64,000 nt of DNA from the NCBI GenBank assembly GCA_040954595.2, contig CM082577.2:682001-746000 (forward strand). Direction: 5' to 3'. The position numbers and the translations under genes are program-made. Origin of the DNA: Balanoglossus misakiensis (lineage: Eukaryota; Animalia; Hemichordata). The notes below the pieces were generated by a model. It was not told where the DNA came from and ran no database searches. It was given only the letters and a program-made list of their open reading frames with translations. Below are positions 25,601-36,061 of the stretch, one piece after another. The first letter of the stretch is position 1; every line of letters begins with the position of its first letter.

Positions 25601-28600
25601 GATTTTTTCAAAAAATGAAGAAATTTTGAAATTTCGGAAAGTCGAAAAATTGTCATTTGTGGATGATTTTCATGAGCTATAACCCATGATTTTTTCAAAA
25701 AATGAAGACATTTTGAAATTTCGGAAAGTCGAAAAATTGTCATTTGTGGATGATTTTCATGAGCTATAACCCATGATTTTTTCAAAAAATGAAGACATTT
25801 TGAAATTTCGGAAAGTCGAAAAATTGTCATTTGTGGATGATTTTCATGAGCTATAACCCATGATTTTTTTCAAAAAATGAATAAATTTTGAAATTTCGGA
25901 AAGTCGAAAAATTGTCATTTGTGGATGATTTTCATGAGCTATAACCCATGATTTTTTTCAAAAAATGAATAAATTTTGAAATTTCGGAAAGTCGAAAAAT
26001 TGTCATTTGTGGATGATTTTCATGACCTATAACCCATGATATTTTCAAAAAATGAATAAATTTTGAAATTTCGGAAAGTCGAAAAATTGTCATTTGTGGA
26101 TGATTTTCATGAGCTATAACCCATGATTTTTTCAAAAAATGAAGAAATTTTGAAATTTCGGAAAGTCGAAAAATTGTCATTTGTGGATGATTTTCATGAG
26201 CTATAACCCATGATTTTTTCAAAAAATGAAGAAATTTTGAAATTTCGGAAAGTCGAAAAATTGTCATTTGTGGATGATTTTCATGAGCTATAACCCATGA
26301 TTTTTTCAAAAAATGAAGAAATTTTGAAATTTCGGAAAGTCGAAAAATTGTCATTTGTGGATGATTTTCATGAGCTATAACCCATGATTTTTTCAAAAAA
26401 TGAAGAAATTTTGAAATTTCGGAAAGTCGAAAAATTGTCACTTGTGGATGATTTTCATGAGCTATAACCCATGATTTTTTCAAAAAATGAAGAAATTTTG
26501 AAATTTCGGAAAGTCGAAAAATTGTCATTTGTGGATGATTTTCATGAGCTATAACCCATGATTTTTTCAAAAAATGAAGACATTTTGAAATTTCGGAAAG
26601 TCGAAAAATTGTCATTTGTGGATGATTTTCATGAGCTATAACCCATGATTTTTTCAAAAAATGAAGAAATTTTGAAATTTCGGAAAGTCGAAAAATTGTC
26701 ATTTGTGGATGATTTTCATGAGCTATAACCCATGATTTTTTCAAAAAATGAAGACATTTTGAAATTTCGGAAAGTCGAAAAATTGTCATTTGTGGATGAT
26801 TTTCATGAGCTATAACCCATGATTTTTTTCAAAAAATGAATAAATTTTGAAATTTCGGAAAGTCGAAAAATTGTCATTTGTGGATGATTTTCATGAGCTA
26901 TAACCCATGATTTTTTTCAAAAAATGAATAAATTTTGAAATTTCGGAAAGTCGAAAAATTGTCATTTGTGGATGATTTTCATGACCTATAACCCATGATA
27001 TTTTCAAAAAATGAATAAATTTTGAAATTTCGGAAAGTCGAAAAATTGTCATTTGTGGATGATTTTCATGAGCTATAACCCATGATTTTTTCAAAAAATG
27101 AAGAAATTTTGAAATTTCGGAAAGTCGAAAAATTGTCATTTGTGGATGATTTTCATGAGCTATAACCCATGATTTTTTCAAAAAATGAAGAAATTTTGAA
27201 ATTTCGGAAAGTCGAAAAATTGTCATTTGTGGATGATTTTCATGAGCTATAACCCATGATATTTTCAAAAAATGAAGACATTTTGAAATTTCGGAAAGTC
27301 GAAAAATTGTCATTTGTGGATGATTTTCATGAGCTATAACCCATGATTTTTTCAAAAAATGAAGAAATTTTGAAATTTCGGAAAGTCGAAAAATTGTCAT
27401 TTGTGGATGATTTTCATGAGCTATAACCCATGATTTTTTCAAAAAATGAAGAAATTTTGAAATTTCGGAAAGTCGAAAAATTGTCATTTGTGGATGATTT
27501 TCATGAGCTATAACCCATGATTTTTTCAAAAAATGAAGAAATTTTGAAATTTCGGAAAGTCGAAAAATCGTCATTTTTAGACGATTTTCATGAGCTATAA
27601 CCCATGATTTTTTTCAAAAAATGAAAAAATTTTGAAATTTCGGAAAGTCGAAAAATTGTCATTTGTGGATGATTTTCATGAGCTATAACCCATGATATTT
27701 TCAAAAAATGAAGAAATTTTGAAATTTCGGAAAGTCGAAAAATTGTCATTTGTGGATGATTTTCATGAGCTATAACCCATGATTTTTTCAAAAAATAAAG
27801 AAATTTTGAAATTTCGGAAAGTCGAAAAATTGTCATTTGTGGATGATTTTCATGAGCTATAACCCATGATTTTTTCAAAAAATGAAGAAATTTTGAAATT
27901 TGGGAAAGTCGAAAAATTGTCATTTGTGGATGATTTTCATGAGCTATAACCCATGATTTTTTCAAAAAATGAAGAAATTTTGAAATTTCGGAAAGTCGAA
28001 AAATTGTCATTTGTGGATGATTTTCATGAGCTATAACCCATGATATTTTCAAAAAATGAATAAATTTTGAAATTTCGGAAAGTCGAAAAATTGTCATTTG
28101 TGGATGATTTTCATGAGCTATAACCCATGATTTTTTCAAAAAATGAAGAAATTTTGAAATTTCGGAAAGTCGAAAAATTGTCATTTGTGGATGATTTTCA
28201 TGAGCTATAACCCATGATTTTTTCAAAAAATGAAGAAATTTTGAAATTTCGGAAAGTCGAAAAATTGTCATTTGTGGATGATTTTCATGAGCTATAACCC
28301 ATGATATTTTCAAAAAATGAAGAAATTTTGAAATTTCGGAAAGTCGAAAAATCGTCATTTTTAGACGATTTTCATGAGCTATAACCCATGATTTTTTTCA
28401 AAAAATGAAAAAATTTTGAAATTTCGGAAAGTCGAAAAATTGTCATTTGTGGATGATTTTCATGAGCTATAACCCATGATATTTTCAAAAAATGAAGAAA
28501 TTTTGAAATTTCGGAAAGTCGAAAAATTGTCATTTGTGGATGATTTTCATGAGCTATAACCCATGATTTTTTCAAAAAATAAAGAAATTTTGAAATTTCG

Positions 28601-30281
28601 GAAAGTCGAAAAATTGTCATTTGTGGATGATTTTCATGAGCTATAACCCATGATTTTTTCAAAAAATAAAGAAATTTTGAAATTTCGGAAAGTCGAAAAA
28701 TTGTCATTTGTGGATGATTTTCATGAGCTATAACCCATGATTTTTTCAAAAAATAAAGAAATTTTGAAATTTCGGAAAGTCGAAAAATTGTCATTTGTGG
28801 ATGATTTTCATGAGCTATAACCCATGATTTTTTTCAAAAAATGAAGAAATTTTGAAATTTCGGAAAGTCGAAAAATTGTCATTTGTGGATGATTTTCATG
28901 AGCTATAACCCATGATATTTTCAAAAAATGAAGAAATTTTGAAATTTCGGAAAGTCGAAAAATTGTCATTTGTGGATGATCTTCATGAGCTATAACCCAT
29001 GATTTTTTTCAAAAAATGAATAAATTTTGAAATTTCGGAAAGTCGAAAAATTGTCATTTGTGGATGATTTTCATGACCTATAACCCATGATTTTTTCAAA
29101 AAAATGAAGAAATTTTCAAATTTCGGAAAGTCGAAAAATTGTCATTTGTGGATGATTTTCATGAGCTATAACCCATGATTTTTTCAAAAAATGAAGAAAT
29201 TTTGAAATTTCGGAAAGTCGAAAAATTGTCATTTGTGGATGATTTTCATGAGCTATAACCCATGATTTTTTCAAAAAATGAAGAAATTTTGAAATTTCGG
29301 AAAGTCGAAAAATTGTCATTTGTGGATGATTTTCATGAGCTATAACCCATGATTTTTTCAAAAAATGAAGAAATTTTGAAATTTGGGAAAGTCGAAAAAT
29401 TGTCATTTGTGGATGATTTTCATGAGCTATAACCCATGATTTTTTCAAAAAATGAAGAAATTTTGAAATTTCGGAAAGTCGAAAAATTGTCATTTGTGGA
29501 TGATTTTCATGAGCTATAACCCATGATTTTTTTCAAAAAATGAATAAATTTTGAAATTTCGGAAAGTCGAAAAATTGTCATTTGTGGATGATTTTCATGA
29601 GCTATAACCCATGATATTTTCAAAAAATGAAGAAATTTTGAAATGTCGGAAAGTCGAAAAATTGTCATTTGTGGATGATTTTCATGAGCTATAACCCATG
29701 ATTTTTTCAAAAAATGAAGAAATTTTGAAATTTGGGAAAGTCGAAAAATTGTCATTTGTGGATGATTTTCATGAGCTATAACCCATGATATTTTCAAAAA
29801 ATGAAGAAATTTTGAAATTTGGGAAAGTCGAAAAATTGTCATTTGTGGATGATTTTCATGAGCTATAACCCATGATTTTTTTCAAAAAATGAAGAAATTT
29901 TCAAATTTCGGAAAGTCGTAAAATTGTCATTTGTGGATGATTTTCATGAGCTATAACCCATGATTTTTTCAAAAAATGAAGAAATTTTGAAATTTCGCAA
30001 AGTCGAAAAATCGTCATTTTTAGACGATTTTCATGAGCTATAACCCATGATTTTTTTCAAAAAATGAAGAAATTTTGTAATTTCGCAAAGTCGGAAAATC
30101 GTCATTTTTGGACGATTTTCACGAGCTATAACCCATGATTTTTTTCAAAAAATGTAAAAATTTTGAAATATCGCAAAGTCGAAAAATCGTCATTTTTGGA
30201 AGATTTTCATGACCTATAACCTATGATTTTTTCCAAAAAATGAAGAAATTTTGAAATTTCGCAAAGTCGAAAAATCGTCAT
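22650..30281. repeat. Satellite array A: ~88 tandem copies of an 87-bp AT-rich monomer
   Basis: Monomer TTTTCATGAGCTATAACCCATGATTTTTTCAAAAAATGAAGAAATTTTGAAATTTCGGAAAGTCGAAAAATTGTCATTTGTGGATGA, highly homogeneous. Occasional 88-bp copies carry an extra T, and copies diverge at the right edge. Confidence 0.98.
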
Positions 30282-30323
30282 CGTCAATGACAATTTTTCG
30301 ACTTTGCGAAAGTTCAAAATTTC
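30245..30323. repeat. Terminal inverted repeat (fold-back) closing satellite array A
   Basis: Arms 30245-30281 and 30287-30323 are reverse complements (35/37 matches) around a 5-nt spacer CGTCA. Confidence 0.9.
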
Positions 30324-31409
30324 GTATCCATTCATCCATACATCCATTCAAGCACACACACACAAGCAGACTCAAACTTTAACTACATGTAATTCGTAAT
30401 GTAATTGCAGATGTCATAATAACTCGCCATTTAAATTTATTTAGGTCTGTGAACGAAAAAGAAAAATCGTTCGCGGTCGGTTTCAGGTTTTTGTTGGTAC
30501 GTATAATAGGTGAGTAACTATCGATGACTATATTTTCTCCAGAACTTTATCCAGGGACTCCTTTACATGCTGTTTGAGAGATACCCTGTTCAATTCACTT
30601 GCCACCTACAAATTACACGCACGAATTTTGACTAAATTCAAATTTGGTTGCTGTGGAAGCGGAGAGAGACTTTTGACGGAATAGCTGGACATCAAGAAGA
30701 CGATGATGGTGGCGGCGGACAAACCAATGTAGCTGTCACTGATGCAAAGATTTGCCAGGAAGAATCGTCAAAGAATATAATACCTGTTGTAAAATGCCCG
30801 AAAAATACGTGTTTAGAATTGCATTTTCTGATCATTGATCACCTTATATAATGACGTAATAAGTTTCTTACGACGTTGTAAGTTAAAAATTCATATGATT
30901 AAACATTTATTTACGTATAATATCAGAAATATTCAGTATGCAAAGTAATTCAAAATAAATAAGAAATCAAGGCTATATTTATCCTTTGCAAAAACGACAA
31001 GCAATGACACAACAAAAGTCATTGGTATTGAGCAAAAGACCATACACTCGAGCTTTGCAATTACCCACCCACCTTTCCGGTCCCGCTCAGTAATGGAGTC
31101 ACGTCATTTCGGATTGCAACACTTCGGCCCAATACACAACCAATTGTCTTATCCACAGGGCTTGGAATGTGACAGTTGAATATTTCACTTTTTGAAAGCA
31201 AGATTGATAGATGCAATTCATGGTGGTGATTATAAAGATGCTCTTTTCAATCCATTGGTGGAAATGTGAACTGCCGATTGTAAATCTGTTACTACCCAAT
31301 CAAGTTTTATTGAGTAAATATGTAATGGATTTGCCGCAACTTGAATACAAACTCACAATGGAGGATAAATAGCTGGTAACATGCTTGCATGAAAGCCTGA
31401 GAGAGATGG

Positions 31410-31457
31410 GTGGATGGATGGATGGATGGATGGATGGATGAATAGATGGATGGATGG
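31410..31457. repeat. (GGAT)n microsatellite
   Basis: tggatggatggatggatggatggatggatg...gatggatggatgga. Confidence 0.85.
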
Positions 31458-31994
31458 ACAAAATTAAAACATGTATGCGTTAACTCAAAGCACCCATAGT
31501 TCTTTTATCTTTATTTGTTACACACAAAACCAATTTTATAGTAAAACGTCATATATTATGGATTGCGATATTCTGACTTCGTCCGGATGATGTGTTGCAC
31601 AATCACAGGGTGAAAATCAGAAAAGAAGGAACAAAAGTCGACCCATCACTTTGAGTTTCAGAAAAATCTCAATATACATCAGATGGTAGATGTTCTACCA
31701 ACAGTGATACGGGGAATGTAAGAATTGTGCTTTCGGGAACGAGGCTGAATTGCATGCATGCACCTGGTGTTGATGAATCCGTGACCCGGTGATCTTCAAT
31801 TTTGTTTGCAACAGATGTTTTTTTTACAGAACAAAGGCTTCAAGGTTCCATCATCTCAAGCTGTGACAACATGATTATTTCTGTGCATGAAATTGAGCCC
31901 CTTGAACGTCCGCCGTTTAGGCCTTCATGATTGACAGTTTTTGGTTACACGCGCAGGTCTACCGCACGGACGGCAAACTCCGGATCTAGAGAGA

Positions 31995-32466
31995 TGTGAA
32001 AATTTCCGCGGTATGACGATTATCTTGGCATGACGTCATTATTAGCCAATGAGTGACGGTACTGGGTGACAGGTGTTAATATTGTTTTCGAATGTCCAAT
32101 TTCGTCGGGGTGAGATGATGGTTTTTGTCAGTCAACAGTGCCACTTACTGTGAGTCATCCATTTTTTTGCGTTTTGTTAAAAGTTGTACTGTTATTTCAT
32201 TTTCTGTATTTGTAATTTATTCTGCCGTTATTAACGTTTCTGCTCAAAGTGATTGTTTTTCCGTTTTAATTTTCAGAGAGTTGGCTAATGTGTCTTTGGC
32301 ATGCGTAGTTTTCCTTTGTTTTTTTCAGACTTGTTATTTCCTTTGAACTGTGTGTCGCCTCTTTGAGGAGTATTTGTGAGTTTTCCTGATATTGTCACAT
32401 TCTCTGAAAGATTAATATAAAACGATCGGTCGTGCACAGTCTAGTGTATTGGCATCGCAATTTACA
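31995..32466 (+). mobile_element. Possible solo LTR (~470 bp)
   Basis: TGT...ACA ends, CRE and CCAAT motifs near the 5' end, internal GTGAGT donors and TTTTCAG acceptors, and an AT-rich polyA-like signal near the 3' end. No matching target-site duplication found. Confidence 0.25.
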
Positions 32467-33027
32467 TATAGTCCAGAGTAAACACCCCAAGTATGTGGTG
32501 AGTGGAGCTGTTACCATGCCCCAGCTGGTGATGGAATATTAAAGGCGTTAATCAAGACAAATTACGACGCGTACGCCAGACAATGCACAAATTCAATTCA
32601 TGCAATTAGAGCAATCCCGTTGTTTTCCGCTATTACAACCAGTTCGGAGGTGGTACAATACCACATGTATCATGTATGGTAAATTAGTTAACAATCGTCA
32701 GCTTGTCGAATTGAAACAAATGTGGCTGAATGTATTCTCATTTATTTTGCATTGTGACTGAAAGAGAAAAGGATTCGATGGCTTTGAAGAGTAACGAGTG
32801 TGTACGTCGTGAAATGTGGCATAAAATGGTCAGATCACAGAATAGTGAATAAAGCAAGCGATAAACTCATAAACTATTTGCGTTGGACAATGTACATACA
32901 TGTACACACATGAATCAACACCTGGACGAACTTATGGTATGCAGGAGAACTGAGGCAAACATTCTAAAGGATATATGGCACATTTTTGTGAAACGACAGC
33001 AACCTTTAATCATAATACTGTCATCTT

Positions 33028-34933
33028 CTATGCGATTGGTTTCCAGCTCGGTAGCTCTTCTAAGTTAATTGTCTTTTTTCCTAACCTATCTCTTTGCCAG
33101 TGGACAATTCTCGACCACGACGATTTCACCGACGCTAGAAACAGATCTGCCTCTGCAAATGGAAGAATTCAAGTCTGTCAGTAAAGTGTTGCATATGCTA
33201 TATCCAGTATCAGAAGATCAAAATATGCAACAACCGTATTTTTCAGTATTTTTGTAAACCATCAGTCTCGTTTATTTGGGGAAATGTGATGTTGGGAATT
33301 ATTTACTAGCATCTGTACGTACGTGCACATATTTCTTGTTCCAACAATGACATCATGTAGTCGTCATTCAAGTACGCACTGACATTTTGGGGAACGCCAT
33401 CCCTGAACACTTCATGGTCGAATAGTCTGTTCGATATCTTGGCTTCTTGTAAGTTGCGCATGAAACGCTGAAATAATTGCGAGAAGCAAAATGAGTTGAG
33501 GAGAATTCTACAGTCTGCGATTTGTATATGGCCGTATGTATGCGTGAGATAGATCAAAACGTTTTGCAACTTACCACAGCATATGGAGGGTAGGAAACAT
33601 AAACACAGGACATTTTGTACTCTTTCATCAACACCTTTATATCAGGAACAAGATTCAGCGCATTCTTGTTGACTCGAAGGAGAACATCAATTTTGTTGCA
33701 TTTAACTCTGCATCTGAAAAGAAAACAAAATCAAATGTTTTTTTTTCGGAGGAAGTAAATAACACGGCAGCTGACAGGAAGCTTTAAATTCATTGGAGAT
33801 TAATGTCATTTGGTAACTGTTCAATAGAAATAGCTACAGGTATACTAATCGAGTCTCGAACACAATTATAAGAGCATATCATCATCGTCGTCGTCGTCAT
33901 CATCACCACCACCATCACAACCACCATCATGGCCCTACCCTTCAAGAGACTTGTTCCTCCAGTGAATAGCCAGATAAGGTTTCCCGTCACACAAACCGCT
34001 CATAATTTCCTTTGCTAAATCCCGTGTCGCAGTGGATCGACTAAGATACTTGTCAAGTTTTTCTGTCATTGCCTCCTTGTCAGGGAGTGCAACTTTACCG
34101 TATGCTATCATGGAAAACATTCCTAGGCATTTCACCTGGATAGATTTCGGCCCGAGGCCCGAATCGTAGAAAATTTCACGGTTTGTGGTCCTAGTAGAAC
34201 GTGGTAAAGTGATCCCGAACAGTTTCGGGAAGATGTTGCGATGTTTTTCGTAGTTTTCTACTACAGCCGTTACATTGGTGCGTCCATCGGGGTGGATGAG
34301 CACAGCACCGACAGTGCCGTTACATTCCTTTCTGAATGTTTCCAGGGAAACGCTCTCCGCAAGATGATGAAATCTGTCAACATCAAAGGTAGAATTAAAC
34401 ATTCTCAGGTCTTCGGACATTCCCCTGGCTTGTGCACTGTGCCTTGGAAAAGGAATCTCCACTATCGCTCTGTTTTGATACATAGCCATCAACACGGCTT
34501 GCCTCAGAAGTCGATACAGGTAGTTTGGCCCACTGTTGTAGTATTCAATTGGTAACAGATATCGTTGTTCAGTACGAGATTGGATTTTCTCCGAGTCGTC
34601 AGACTCTTTTCCCGCCCAGGTGTGTTCGTCTCTTTCCGTTTCACTAGAATTGTCTGTTGTAGTTGGTATGGCCAGAGTTGTTTCATCAGAGATGGAATCC
34701 TCATCATCTAACCCTGCGATGTCACTCTCGTCAAATATTCCACTTTTTTGCTCAGATTCTTGGACTAGATCCGGGGACTGTGAGATTTTGTTTTTCTGAA
34801 GCTTTCCTGTGACTGCACTTCCGGGTAAATATTTCGGGTAGCGATATTGTGCCACCATCCACCGATGACCAAAAATGTAACATGTATACAAAATGAAAAT
34901 CCCGAGACCAGCTAAAAACAAAAGTCGCCCCAT
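33028..34933 (-). CDS. O-fucosyltransferase-family (POFUT1/2-like, GT-B fold) type II membrane glycosyltransferase
   Basis: Exons 34933-33939, 33713-33575, 33467-33323, 33152-33028. N-terminal TM (LLFLAGLGIFILYTCYIFG), acidic stem, GPNYLY...MAMYQNRAIVEIPF, PYLAIHWR, SLLEQEICAQADLFLASVKSSWS (typical O-FucT motifs). An in-frame ATG at 35065 is an alternative start. Confidence 0.8.
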
Positions 34934-35520
34934 CGCTTTCGTTTGCGATTTGAAATGCCAAAGGGGCGGATGTGTGCCTAGTGTGGTGCCACAATCCGAT
35001 ACCGAAATATGCCACACTTTATGTACATCTGGTGTACTTGATAATCCATGATCTTCTGCCCCCATCTGCAAGTAACAGTCTCACTTCATCAAACTAGAGG
35101 GTGGAGTCTGTCATATCAAGCTGTGACAGAGTTCAGCCAGCACCAAATGCTGGGCTTTTGTTAATTATCTCGATCGAAAACACCACACATTCATTTGCAC
35201 TATACTCTCCCAACAGATATTGAGTTGTCAATTTTTATTCCATTTGTGAGCTGACGTGATACAGAGGGCGATGTGTGAAGTTTGTTGTCATCATCGTCCG
35301 CTTGCACAGGTCGTTGACTCAACCACGCAGGCGGACATGTGTTGTCCCTACATTGTCTACATTTTTGAGAGAATTTAACTGTCGCACAGCAAATAATCTG
35401 CATTTTATCTTTACCACACACCCGTGTGCCATGTCTTTGTTGTCATATAATTTCCTTTTAACTGAGTGGTGTCACTTTGACAACGTTTTAGAAGAGTTCC
35501 GACAACAACTGGCTTATTAC

Positions 35521-35597
35521 CATAACATGGCGCCATCTTGAAAGTTGATGGATTGGACGGTTTAATCATAGACAGTAGAGTACTGTCTATGGTTTAA
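35521..35597. promoter_or_regulatory. Putative promoter: back-to-back YY1 sites, CCAAT box and a short palindrome
   Basis: AACATGGCGCCATCTTG (YY1 core on both strands), GATTGG at 35551, CATAGACAGTA-gag-TACTGTCTATG at 35567-35591; located upstream of the O-FucT gene. Confidence 0.5.
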
Positions 35598-36061
35598 TGA
35601 TATGCATCACATCCATTGACTCATTTCCGTTCGTGCACACATTCCTCCACTCGAGCGTAGTTTTATTTCACATCATGATACACAGAAATTTTGACACTTT
35701 TCATTTTTTTTTATAGAAAAGCATCATATATTTTGATCTTATGAAACGGTTTAACTTCTTATCAACAAAACCATCAACAAAATATGGGAACTGTATTAAA
35801 TATACGGTACATCCATTTGCTTAAAAATTCCATAATTCCTGAAAATTACAGGTTCTAATTATTGAATTTGGCTTTGACCAAAATAAACAAAATAAGGCCA
35901 TTAATGAAAGACAAAATCGTTACAAACACCTTGAAAAGCTCCCTATAAACATGGTTTCATAGACTAAAACATTAGCGTAAATTTTGTAAATGTCAACTAA
36001 AGTTTGTATTCTGCGTAAGTTGCATAGATTCGATGTATTTGGAAAAATGTTGCCTCCATGT

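Noticed and set aside
22650-30281. CRISPR-like repeat array
   Set aside because: Monomers are contiguous and near-identical with no unique spacers, there are no cas genes, and the context is eukaryotic.
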